From the human T2T-CHM13v2.0 reference genome, Homo sapiens, in NCBI RefSeq assembly GCF_009914755.1, contig NC_060936.1: DNA of 64,000 nucleotides. The stretch is one strand, 5' to 3'. Within the stretch, counting starts at the first letter, position 1, and every line of letters begins with the position of its first letter. Both the position numbers and the translations under genes were made by a program. Positions 1 to 12,881 of the stretch are shown in pieces. Under the pieces are notes generated by a model. That model saw only the letters and a program-made list of their open reading frames with translations. It had not been told where the DNA came from and did no database searches.

Positions 1-182
<182 letters not shown>

Positions 183-1324
183 TCTCTTAAGAAACCATCT
201 CCTTACAAATTCCCTTCTTGCAAAATACTTATTTTTCAGTAAATATCTTCGTTGACAATTCTAACAAAGGTACTCAAATTCTATATCCTGGCTATGCCTG
301 TCAAGAGAGTTGAAGGAGGCAGTGGCCATATTTAGAGGGCCAAAACCTGTTCTTCTGGTGGTATATTTTGCTGATCTGCTGATCTTGAAGGACTCCAGTG
401 CCTTAAATTTACCCACATGTCATTTATTGCTGCCTAATGTGCTTATTCATTATTTTTTGAAAATAGAAGCATATTCGGAAACATATTTAATTTTACGATG
501 TTAAAAATGATCACTTCTGGTTCTTCACCAGAACTATATGGAGTACCTGGAATACAGTAGGTACTCAGTAAGTACACTATTAATAAATGAAGAAAATATA
601 CGCAGGATAAAATAAACTGTTTTTCATAATTCTATCCATATATGATTTTTAGGATTGTACTGGCTTAAAAGCTGGGACTATACAAATACATCATCAATGT
701 GAAAAGCTGGGAAAATGGGAATGCGAAAATCAAACTGGCTCTTGGCCAGTGATTTTTTTTAAAAAAACAAGGTCTTCAAATGTTTGTAAACTGCAAAATG
801 TCCTTGTTGTCCTTCTCCCTTTTTTTTTACTACTGGCATTGTCATACAAACTTTGTGTCTCTTCCAAATTAGTCTGTTGTTTGGGATCCTTAACTACGGA
901 GAGTGTCAACTGTGCGTCTCCAAGACAAACAGGTTGATGCGCTGTCTTTCTCAGACCTATGCTTTAAAGCCCAGGCTAGGGTCATGCTCTGAGACTAGAG
1001 CATTCTGACTTTCTCTGGTCTGCTCTTTTCTGGTCCTTGATTTTCTTATCTGAATCATGGGGTGTCCATTGTTTAGACGGAAGGTTGCAAATATAAATTA
1101 AATAATTCCTCAGCAAACAATATCTTTCTGTGAGGTGCATATATCAGTGGCTAGGAAAATATCTGAGGCCTGCTACATCATGGTTTAGTGAATAATTTGC
1201 ATTTTATGATGTATATACAGTGTAGCTATGAATAATCTGCCAGAAATTATAGCTATACATATATAAGCCATACACTCACTAATGGTAACCCATTCTCCTT
1301 ATTTTTGAACCCATTCTCGGTACC

Positions 1325-1510
1325 AGTAATAGAGAGCTCACTGGCTTTGATTTGAGGCAGACCTAGGTTTGAATCCTAGCTCTAATATGTACAGGTTGAA
1401 TCTCAGGGAAAGAATTCATCTTTCTCAGCTTTAGTTTCTTCATCTGTGAAATGGAGATAATACCAACTTCATAGGCCTATTGAAGGCATTTAATGTGTTG
1501 ATTATATGCA
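1325..1510 (+). mobile_element. MIR SINE
   Basis: ctaggtttgaatcctagctct...tttagtttcttcatctgtgaaatggagataata matches the MIR core. Confidence 0.8.
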
Positions 1511-1949
1511 TGAAGACTGATTTGTTAACAAACAGATGATTTCATGTGTGTGTGCATGAGTTGGGTGCAGCCTTAATAAGTGTTCCCCTTCTCTTCTGTT
1601 TTGCTATTTAATGTGATGGTGAGGAGAGTGGTCAGTGTTTGTCTGTCTCTTCCTTCTAGAAGTTAGGGTGGCATAAGATGAGGATATGGGGGACAGCAGC
1701 CTCAGGGAGATACTGAATAACCTCTGGGAGCCTAGGAGGACAGATGCTTGACACTAGCTGGGGACAAAAAAGGAAGAGCCCAAACAGTTTTTAAAGCAGA
1801 ATCTTCTGTGTCTAGAAGAATCAATAGGAAGGTGCATCATCAAAAGAACTAGAGAACACAAATGACAGGGTATGACATGAGTGTTCACTTTCATTAAGTA
1901 AACACTGCTGGGGTTTACTTAATACCTGGTGAGAGGGAAAAAAAGCAGT

Positions 1950-2400
1950 ATTACTCCACAAACATTTGTTAAAATATCAACTATGTGAGCAAGCCATACA
2001 ATGGAGAGGCAATGATTCCTAAGACATAACCCCTGCACACAATGATTCCTGACATAACCCCTGCACACAGTGAGTTCTTAGTCACAGGGGAAGCACACAC
2101 AGACACAAGAGGGCTGTGATTAATCCTATATGAAAGGACAACATGCCATGGAGCACAGAGGAGGAAGTAGTTACTTCTAAGAAGACCAAAGACATTTTCA
2201 AAGAGGTGAGGATATTTTAAGCGAGGTCTTAGAGGACGCTGTTCACAGGGAAGAGGAGATGTAAAAGCATTCTAGGCCAATGCACCTGCATGAGAGGAGT
2301 GGGATACGGTGTGAGCAATGCTTGGAGAATTGCAGCTATTTGGATACTGCTGGGACATAATGACCTCGGCAGCCAGGAATTGTGGTTACATTGCAGGGGG
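1950..2400 (-). mobile_element. L2 LINE fragment
   Basis: acaaacatttgttaaaatatcaactatgtg followed by purine-rich sequence typical of reverse L2 3' region. Confidence 0.55.
2011..2068. repeat. Tandem duplication, 30/28-bp units
   Basis: aatgattcctaagacataacccctgcacac followed by aatgattcctgacataacccctgcacac. Confidence 0.95.
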
Positions 2401-2631
2401 CCTTGAGGCTAGAGAGAGAGAACTGATTGAGCTTGAGGAGGGAGAGTGGGAAGGGACCCAGAGCACAGATGGAGTTATTGGCTTTGGAGATAAAAAGGGA
2501 CACATGTTTCTCTGAGTAGGTGAGTCTGGGTGTTACTTGGATAAGTCTAGAGAAGAAGAGACAGTACGTTCTAACAGAACATGCCTTGTTACCTTCATGC
2601 TCTCGGTGTAGTGGGAGGCAATGTCACTGGT

Positions 2632-2672
2632 TGAATAAATATGAATAAATGAATGAATGAATAAATGAATGA
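2632..2672 (+). repeat. (GAAT/AAAT)n microsatellite, probable L2 tail
   Basis: tgaataaatatgaataaatgaatgaatgaataaatgaatga. Confidence 0.8.
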
Positions 2673-3337
2673 AGGTGGCTAGGGTAGAGGATTAAGAAGC
2701 ATTAAAATGAATATTTCAAGAACTATTTATGGGGGTCAGTAAATATAATATTTCTAAACTCAAAACTTCTAAACTCAAGGTATTTATAAGCTAGTTGAAG
2801 ATGTAAAGACATCATACATCTTTTCAAAGCACAGGAAGTTAAATGAATGGTTCCTAAAATATGAATGTTCAGAGGGAAAAGTACGTTTATTAACTGCTTG
2901 ACAAAGAAGTATGTAGCTATATTTTGTGTAACACACTATGGTGTAGTCTTATCTTTTTGGGTATGTTTTTCTTTCTTAATGTTAAAATATTTCATAGCTG
3001 GTCCATGTAACTATAGTTATACTTTTAGTTTTACTCAGGTTCCCGATAATGTTTGTCGCACAGACAGGTTTGTGTACTGGTTTTAATAATTCCATTGTAC
3101 TTTCTACCTCCTCCTCCGCCCCCATCCCCAGGGTCTTCAGGTCACAGTTGGGACCTACTCTATGTACTCTGGTGCTCTCCATAAGCAAATGGGATGATTT
3201 CTCTGAAAAGACAGCTCTAGATTATAGTCCTGAAAAAGAGAGCTCTTGAGTCAATGAAAAAATCATAGTTTAGAGTAGAAGAGAAAGGTAAGTATGTTCA
3301 GAGGAAAAGCTGGTCAGATGAATGTAAGAGAGGCTTC

Positions 3338-3635
3338 TTTTATTTGTTCATTTAATTTTGAGACAGTGTCTTGCTCTGTCAGCCAGGCTTCAGCGAAGTG
3401 CTGAGATCATGGCTCACTGTTGCCTTGACCTCCTGGGCTCAGCCATTCTCCCACCTCTGCCTCCCGAGTAGCTAGGACCACAGGCCCATGCTACCATGCC
3501 TGGCTGTTTGTATTTTTTGTAGAGATGGGGTTTCGTCATGTTGCCCAGGCTGGTCTTGAATTCCTGGGCTCAAGTGATCCGCTCGCCTCAGCTTCCCAAA
3601 GTGTTGGGACTACAGGAGTGAGCCACCATGCCCAG
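3338..3635 (-). mobile_element. AluJ
   Basis: Reverse-complement Alu with J-type motifs (gacctcctgggctca, gggctcaagtgatcc). Confidence 0.9.
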
Positions 3636-5580
3636 TCTCAAGAAGAAATTCTTTTAGCAGAGCTTTGAGAGATAGGTATGGAAGAACAGGCTGGGGTTAG
3701 AGTATATGTTGCTAAGGAATCTGACCCTCACTCCATGGGCAATAAGGAGCCATGGAGCAGGGATAGAACACTTCTCTGGCACTACTGGAAGCTGTGATGT
3801 CCAATGTATGCTCTCTGGAAGATCTAACTAAACACAACCTTAGCACTTCTCTCAATTTTCTTTGAAAAGGCAAATCTTGTGAGTCATTTGTTCTCTGTAA
3901 AATGAGAGAGGAACATACATTATCACCTTATATTATCGATTTACATTAAGAAGACTTCCGGATTCTCTTAGGGTTGTTGTGTCTTTCTAAGATTTCAGGC
4001 AGGTGGGTAAATCCTTATTTTCATGGATTTTCTATTGGCTAAAGGAACGCTGTGTGTAGTTTGTTGGAATATACTTTGTAGAAGACATTCTTGCCCTTGT
4101 GAACCAGTTTGATTCCCGAATCACACAAGTGCTGGGTTCCAGAAGAGATTTTGGATATAACGCCAGGATTTCTGACCCTACAGCTAAGAATAGGCAGCAA
4201 TAGGAACTCAAGTTACAAAAAATGACTTCAATAGAGCATTCACATATGTGATGGTATCAGAGCCCAAGTCTTCAAAGAGAAATATTTTGAAACTTCTCCC
4301 TGGTTTCTGGCAAGAGCAGCAAATCTTGATTTTTCAGGCCTTTATAAAAATAAGAAAAGACTAACAATTTTAAACCTGGGCATTAATCAACCATTTAATG
4401 ATGCCAACAAATGAGTTTTACTGTAATTCAGTGCGGGGAGATTAAAGGAAACCTAAGAGCCACAAATAAGCCATTATGAACAGTTTACAGTGATTGAGTA
4501 CATAAGCTGTGATTAATAATGATCAGAAGTAAATCTATGAATAACAACAAACAGAAAGGACTTGTTAGATTGAGAATTTTATCAGAAAGGTATAATTTGG
4601 ATGTTGACTCAGTGGTAACAACAGGAAAAATAAATTACCTTTATGCATTTTAGTTTATGAAAATCAAATAGATAATATATGAAACAACATTTAAATCGAT
4701 ACAGCCCAGGAGATATAAAAGTATAGGTTTGTGTGGTCTTCTAATTAACTGACATTTACACATTTTTCTTAAGATCACTGTAAGCAAAATGGGAAAGCTC
4801 TCTAAATTTTTGGCCTTTTGGGAGGGAGGCTTTTCAGTCTTGCTCATATTTGAGTCAATACACTGATGTCTTGACTTGCGAAAAAATTTTCACATCCCTG
4901 TTTTGGGCTCTCATATTTTCTTTATTACACAGGAAAAAAACTTTATTGCACAGACAAACAGAAGTTAAATTGAATTGATTTTATAAGCTGCAATAAGTAC
5001 AGCTCCCAGAAACAAATGCAAATGGAATGAACAGTTCTTACCATATGTTTCACATAGGCTACTCACGTTTTCTCTCGTTCCGAGATGATTTCAAAAAACC
5101 TGTTCTGTTAATGTATGTATGAAATTCTGCAATCTTAAAGATTTAAAAACCTATATGTTTTCAAAGACCTGAATATCCTGATACACATCCTTTCACACCT
5201 GGATGCCAAACACATACACTGAAATATATTCTATGAACAAAGGAATTTGAAAGGGACCACAAATTTCGCATTGCATGCTGAAGCTGTCCTGTGTCAGCTC
5301 TTCAAACTGGGGCCTCTGAATTTTAGGAAAAAGTGCTATTATTCTGGTTCAGTAAGTTTGACCCTTTGTTGTCTATCTCTGCTCCTTAGAGACACAAGCA
5401 GGCCTTGTGCTTACTAAGTGAATATTAATATCTTCATTAAACCTTGATAGACAAGCACACTACAGCCCTCATCCAAAATATGCACAAAATTAGAAGGCAA
5501 AAATAAAAAAAGAGCCAGACATTATAAGCCCGTCAATGGAAGCAGAGAGCCACACCATTAATGGTGGATTGAAAAAGACT

Positions 5581-5889
5581 CTGTGTTGTTCACCTCCCAC
5601 GTATAAATGAGAACACATGGTGTTTGGTTTTCTGTTACTGTGTTAGTTTGCTGAGGATACTGGTTTCCAGCTCCATCCATGGACACAGGGAGGGGAACAA
5701 CACACACTGGGGCCTGTCAGGGGTCAGGGGGAGGGAGAGCATCAGGATAAACAGCTAATGCATGTTGGGCTTAATAACTAGGTGACAGGTTGACAGGTGC
5801 AGCAAACCAACATGGCACACGTTTACCTATGTAACAAATCTGCAAGTCCGGTACGGGTATCCTGGAACTTAAACTAAAATTAAAAAAAA
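5581..5889 (+). mobile_element. Short L1PA 3' end with 5' inversion (twin priming), 10-bp TSD
   Basis: 5581-5680 is reverse L1 3'UTR; 5678-5889 is forward L1 3' end with A tail; gaaaaagact occurs at 5571-5580 and 5890-5899. Confidence 0.88.
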
Positions 5890-6160
5890 GAAAAAGACTT
5901 CCTCAGTTTTTTCTCTAATGGCCTGAAGCAAAAATTACTCTCATTTCCTCTTCATTGATATAATTTGTTTTTGAGAGGTGAGGGGACAATGGGAAGAGAG
6001 TGGTTTTAAGTCACTATAAAAAGATTATTGACAGATGCGTGGTAAAATGAAAGACTCAAAAATTCCTGACCCTTTCTCCCCTCCAGAGTTAGGTAGGCGG
6101 GAAGGACCCCAAACTTCCATACAAGAGTCTCTTAAGGTAAAATTAAGACAGCTTCCCCTT

Positions 6161-6232
6161 CGGAGTTTATGCTAGTATTTCATAATTTTCCAGCCAAGAG
6201 CTGGAAATTATGAAATAGTTGCATAAACTCTG
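6161..6232. other. Near-perfect hairpin (about 31-bp stem, 5-nt loop)
   Basis: gagtttatgctagtatttcataattttccagc-caaga-gctggaaattatgaaatagttgcataaactc. Confidence 0.9.
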
Positions 6233-7204
6233 TTAATATAGATGGATCAGGCTCCAATCTTGATTTTGCCATTTCTCATATCATTTTTCTAGGGCTGAGG
6301 GGGCGCACTTCTTGGAGTCCAGTTTCTGATATAAAGAGAAAAGCCATTTAGTGTCTTGGAAAAAAACAAAAGAAGGAAGGAAGGGTGTTGTTGATTTAAT
6401 AGATCACCCTTATTGTTCTAATGGCTCCAGATGGCTCTCCTACTGTGTGGATGAGATTTGACAGTGCCTTCTTGGGGAGAAACAGAAGACTTCACTAGCT
6501 TCGCTCAGCAAATGACCACTGATTGCCTGGAATGGAGGAGTTAATGTGATCAATTAACAATGTTTGAAGAAAAATGATGTTTGCCAGCTGTTGATTTCAT
6601 CAGCAAGAAAAAGCCCACAATAATCATCTTAGAAAAGAACTTAATTAGTTTTGATCCTAAGATAGCATGCAAAAGTTCTGGACTAATTTCTAGTCTGAAG
6701 ATATTCATAACATATTAGAGCTGGCATGAACTCTGGTGATTACTAGAAAAAAAGATTTTTAAGTTTGTGAAAACAGAGATGTGCTCAAGGTCACCCACAG
6801 TTAACAGAAAAACTGGGGCTGAATCCTGGGGCTTCTGAGCTCTGATATGCTGCTTTTTCCCACCACAAATCACAGTTTTTGAGATTCACACTTTGAAAAG
6901 AATGATCCAAAGTAACACTGCCATTTTGGGGTGAGTGTTCTCTTATGACAGATGAGTTTTTTTTTACCTTCCTGTTTCCATATGTTTAAAATGCTATTAG
7001 TATTTCAAACCTCATTTTCTTTCTTTTTAAAAATTCAGCCATGATTTTAGAGTGACAGATTTGCCATATCAATTTCTAAAGGTAAGTGTTTGGGTCAGTT
7101 TGCTTTTTCTCTAAATTGTGTTTGTCATCCCTCAGTGTAGTAAGATTTTGGTGTGGTTATGCTGACATTAAAGTTTCCTTTTCTTAAAATAAAACTAATG
7201 ACTT

Positions 7205-7470
7205 GACCTTGATATTGTATAAGAGTACAGGCCCTAGGGTCAGTCATCCTGGGTTCAGAACCCAGCCTACCACTTCTCAGCCATGTATTGCGGGAGAGTT
7301 ATTTATGGTTCCCTACATTTCAGTTCTCTCATCTATAAAATGGGAACAGTAATAATCCCATTCTCAAAGGGTTGTTTGTGTGAGAATTAAATGAGCTGAT
7401 CTATGCAAAGTACTTACACAGTGACTGGAACATAGTGAACACTCAATGTAGCTAACAGTTATTATTATTA
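7205..7470 (+). mobile_element. MIR SINE
   Basis: ctgggttcagaacccagcctaccactt...cagttctctcatctataaaatggg...gagaattaaatgag. Confidence 0.85.
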
Positions 7471-9127
7471 TTACTAGAAAAAAATTGAAAAATAATTTTA
7501 TGTAATTGTTACTTACATGAGTAGCGGGGTCTCAGCTTCCCAACACACCATGAGAATATGAAATTTCATCAATAAATTCAAATAGACACTTTATGTAAAA
7601 CCCTTTGCTCAAATAATGTAACTTAGCAATGACTGACTTTTAGATACTGGGGAAATGCATTCATATGAACCAGTGCGACATTCTGAAAACTGGTTCATTG
7701 AATCCCAATAATATAGGTTCTTACTCTCAAGTAGGAATCAATAATGCACATCCCCTCTGTACCCACATGCCCCATAAAAAAGCTGTTCAGGACAATCTTG
7801 CTTTATATATTATACACATTCAGGGCACATTTAGAGTTCTGAAATTTGAGGTGCAAAGTAAGCATTTTGATAGGGATATTTTTCCAAAGAATGTTTTTGG
7901 CCCCAGCATAAAATGAAAAATCTCTACCACAGACAGTTGCATTTCATGGTCCAATATAGTCTCTGCATGAAAACCAACAGATCATTCTACATGTCTCCTG
8001 ACACATTTACAACAGGCACTCTGTGTAAAACCCATTCGCATCACTGGGGGTTCTCACCAATTCTTAGGCCCTTGACTTATTTGTGACTGGGATACCTTTA
8101 TCACAAAGACATGCTTTACAGATATTTTCACGGACACAAGCTATTCCAGTCTTGTCCTGCATAATTAAGTTTTTACATTCAGTAAGTAGAGTTCACCTCT
8201 TCCTCCTAATGGTAAGTGTTTATTAACCATAATGACTAATAAAGAGGTTCTGGCCTCCGTCACCTGAGAAGAACAAAACAGTGGGGTTTTTCTGCAGCTC
8301 GGCTGGATCCCAGCTTCTATGACCTCTGCTGCTAACAGGCTCTCCACAGGCAATGAATGGGAGACGCCAGCTATGCAAATTAGAGTACTGATGTTCCTTG
8401 TCAGCTGCAAAGCCCAAATGGCCCTGAAGGTGACCCAAGTGAGGCTTCTGTGCTGTGTGCCTGGTTAGGTGGAGACCCTGATTAGTCTGATTATGGCAAC
8501 AAATTTTTTAATTGCTTTATGGGGTGCATGAAAATTATATGTTTATCTCCTTTTATTGAATAAAGTGTGTTGGTTGTATATGTTCAATGTTGGTAGGGAG
8601 GAAGGTATTCTTATATATAAAGAGAAAATCTGTTACTCTTTATGTCAGATCAGTTGATAGATATTAAACAAATCATGTTGTTTTCTCATATTGAGTATAG
8701 ATCACTAATGACCAGCTGGAACAGAAGTAAACTTGTACATTAGCCAGTAATGAACAAAATGCTAAAGATATAACTAGAGAAATTCTAGAGGTAAGGAAAT
8801 AGTCCACATATATTAATACATTTTTTCCCACAGTCATCTTGGTAGAAAGTTGACCGTGATGTCGATGATATAACTGGGTCAGACAAATACCTTTTAATAG
8901 TCTGTATTACTTACACACGCATACGTGGCAACAGATTTACCTTAGACATAAACACGAGTTTATATTCCTGGAGGTGTCCTAGAAGCATGCTGACTGTTGT
9001 GTCCTCAGTATTATTCACTTCAATAACCGTAAGAGCTGGCGTTCTCTCCAAGACTCTGTTCCTTGAAGGAAGGAACTATCTACTGTTCCCCTAGTAAGAC
9101 CTGGCCTACAATAGGTGTCTGTGATGC

Positions 9128-9364
9128 TTTTTTTTTTTTCATTTTTAAATGTCCATTTTGTTTATTGATACATAATATTTGTGCATACTTATGGTACGTG
9201 TGATATTTTGATACATGTATAGAATTTGTAACAATCAAGTTTAGAATATCCATCACCTCAAATATTTATCATTTCTCTGTGTTGAGAACATTTCAAGTCT
9301 TCTCCTCTAGCTATTTTGAAATATACAATATACTGTTGTTAACTACACAGTAGTCACCCTACTG
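9128..9364 (-). mobile_element. L1MA-type 3' end
   Basis: Poly-T, then atatccatcacctcaaatatttatcatttc...ctattttgaaatatacaata...gtcaccctactg. Confidence 0.85.
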
Positions 9365-9371
9365 GGCTAAG

Positions 9372-9738
9372 GGATGGTTAATGTGTCTACTCAGCTAGAT
9401 CACAGTGCCCAGATATGTGATCAAACATTATTCCAGATGTTTCTGTGAGGATGTTTTTGGATGAGACTGCTGTTCACACTGGTAGATTTTGAGTGAAGTA
9501 GATTACTCTTCCTAATGTGGGTGGGCCTCATCCAATCAGGTGAAGGCCTGAGTAGAACAAAGGACTGACCTCCCGCAAGCAGGAGGGAACTCTGCCAGCA
9601 GGCAGCCTTTGGGATCAAACTGCAGATTCTGGACTTGCCAGCCTCCATAACTGCATGGGCCAATTCCTTAAAACATACCTTTCTATGTATGTATACTTAC
9701 ATCCTAGTGGTTCTGTTTCTCTGGAGAACCCTAATACT
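9372..9738 (+). mobile_element. MLT2 LTR (ERVL)
   Basis: cagtgcccagatatgtgatcaaacattattc...gtgggtgggcctcatccaatcag...ggttctgtttctctggagaaccctaatac. Confidence 0.85.
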
Positions 9739-10424
9739 GTGTCCAGTAAAAATCTGTTGTCTGATGAAGGAAAGATAATTGCCTGCCTCTTTCCATCCCT
9801 TCAACACTCACCCTGACTCTCAGAACACACGCTGTTTGGCCTCATCCTAATCTCCATTCCCTCAGTTTCTCTGTTACATCCCTGCCATTTATCCCATTTA
9901 TGATATCCCTCCTTCCTTAGGCAGGATAAACTTGAAGATACTGTTTTCATCTTCAGCATACTACCTCCTTTGTCTTTCCTCTGCTCGCCTTGTAAATCTT
10001 CAACATCTAATCAAATCATGTGCCTTCTCTAACCTCACTGTTGTTTTCTGCTGGAGAGAAGCCCTGCCACCAGCCAGTACATATTCATAATGGTTGACTG
10101 TATGTGGCTGGGCCCTCAGACCGCTCAGAACACCTTTTCATGGTCCTTAGTCAGCCCCTACTCTCTACCACCCCAAATCTTTCTTGCTATTCCTCTGGTC
10201 TCCCATTTCTATCTTCAGACTCTCCATCTTATTGCCTGACAAATGTTTCAAGCAGAACTCATCACCTTCCCCACTTCTTGTTCCTCTTGCTTAGTCCCTG
10301 TTGTGATAAATTATGTCCCTCCCCTCCCCATTCATCTGCCCAAGCTGGAAGAAAATTTGGCATCATCCATGCCTCTTCTTTCATCTTCAATTCCATCACC
10401 CATCCAGTTATTTAACAAGCGTTA

Positions 10425-10803
10425 GCTGAGTGGCTATTATGTTCCTGGCATTATTCTAGAGCTTGGGATATAAGAGTGGACAAAGTAAAACAAAAACACT
10501 CCTGCCCTCATGGAGCTTATATTCTAGCAGGGGAGAAGGATCATGAACATAAGAATAATTAAATTTACAGAGTATATTAGAAAGTGAATAAACGAGACAG
10601 GGAAAAATAGAGCATGAAAAGGGTGATAAGAATCGACGTGTGTGTTGGTGGGGAGGTGGAGTGTGCAGTGTTAAACATGGTGGTCAGGATATGCTTCAAT
10701 GAGAAGATGGCACTGGAGCCAAGACTTGAGGTGAGGGAGGGACTCACACAGATATCTGGGGACAAATCACTTTGGGTCAAGGCAATAGCTGGTATAGAGG
10801 GCC
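10425..10803 (-). mobile_element. L2 fragment
   Basis: atttaacaagcgttagctgagtggctattatg...cctgccctcatggagcttatattctag. Confidence 0.8.
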
Positions 10804-11153
10804 TGTCTTAATCCATTTGGGCTGCTATAACAAAATGCCATTGGCTGGGTAGCTTCAAAACAACAAAAATTTATTTCTCACAGTTCTGGAGGCTGGGAAG
10901 TCCAAGATCAAGATGCTGGCAGATTCGGTATCTGGTGAGGGCATGCTTCCTAATAGATGGCCGTCTTCTCACTGTAACCTCACGTGCAAGTGTTAGAAAA
11001 GTTGGGGGAGCCTGAGGGTGTCTCTAGGTTGTTGTTGTTCTTGTTAAGGTACTAAGCCCCTCCCAAAGGCCCCACCTCCTAATACCATCACTTTAGGAGT
11101 TAGGATTTCAATATATAAATTCTGGGGAGACACAAACGTTCATATCTAAAGCA
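10804..11153 (-). mobile_element. MLT1A-type MaLR solo LTR
   Basis: tgtcttaatccatttgggctgctataacaaaat...tctcacagttctggaggctgggaagtccaagatcaag...taataccatcactt. Confidence 0.88.
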
Positions 11154-11229
11154 AGGCCCTAAAGAGGGCCTTTTTGAGCGAAGTAGGCCCTAAAGCAAGA
11201 GTGTCCCTGGCATGTTGCTCGAGCAGTCA

Positions 11230-12005
11230 CAGCACTTCTGCGAATCTTCAGTTACAGCACTCCTGTGAATCTCCAACTGTCCATCTCACTGCTACTACCT
11301 CAATCTAGGCTCTGGGCCTTCTCACCTAAATTAATATACTGATTTCCTAAGTGGTTTTCTTATATCTGGTCTTGCTGCATGCCCACCTACTTCCCACACC
11401 GAGCTAGAATGACCTTTCAAAAACACAGATGTCACCTCATCAGAATTCTTCCATGGCTCCCCACTGCCCACAGGCTGACATGTGCACATTGGGAGGGCTT
11501 AGCCCTCTCCCACCTGGCTCCAGCCCACTGCTGCAATATCACAATATCACCTCGCCCATCCTTGACGCTTATCCAGAGGTCTGTACATAAGATTCTCTAA
11601 ATGCACCAAGTTCCCTCTGGACCCTTCACCTTTGGGACACTGCTTCCTCCTCATAAAACACCTATCTCTTTTGCTACCCATTGCAACCCTCCTCGTGCTA
11701 GAAAGCATGGCCTGGTCAGCTCAGTCTCATTTCCCTTTCCCTATACAACATTGCTTCCTGCAGAAAGTTCCTCCTGCCCTTCCTCTCTCTGGCTTAGGTA
11801 CCCTCCACTATGCTTCCACAAGAGTGTGGCTATCTCTACTGCAGCAATTTCATACTGTATCTTCACAGTCTCTTTATTTTTTGGGCTCCCCTAGTAGGTT
11901 TTGAATATGGGCAAGGATCATGCTTTTTAAATATCCCAGCACTTGGAGCCTTACTTGATACATAAGGAGATACTACATAAGTTTTGGTCAAATGAATAAA
12001 CAAAT
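11230..12005 (+). mobile_element. L2 fragment
   Basis: ctagaatgacctttcaaaaacacagatg...ccatggctccccactgcc...aaatgaataaa 3' end. Confidence 0.7.
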
Positions 12006-12576
12006 ACACAAATAAGCCCCATGTGGAAAGGTGAGGATTATATAGATGCATAAATAGGGAAAAACTATATGCAGAAACTGTACATAGCTTCCTCTAAAAA
12101 GGAATTTCTTATGGAAGCAGAATCTGTAACCATGAGGCAGCCACCCAGAGGAGTAGAGTAATGATTTGTGCTGCTCCAGTGACTATGGGTTAGGATGAGT
12201 TTCCAGGTCAACTGGATTACTCTGATCCCTCTTTAGAGCCATTGCAAGAAATCACATCTCAAGGAAAGACTCTTCTGGCACCTAATCTCTTTTGTACTTT
12301 AGTCCAGACAGTGCGAGGCCATCTTCAAATAAAACAATCTCTTTGGCTTCACAGACAAGAAAAATGTAATCTATTTCCTACACGTGACAACAAGAGAAAA
12401 TCTAAAATGGCACAAAAATGTAATGGTAATATCCTACAGAGAGGAAAGAGCTGAATCAAAATGAAATATGACCAAATGCAATCAGCAGCTAACAGCAGGA
12501 AAAAGGCAGCTGTCATCTTCATTTCTTTCATAAACTTCTTAGAACAAATTATGTCTTTTAGAATGTAAGTCAGTTT

Positions 12577-12881
<305 letters not shown>

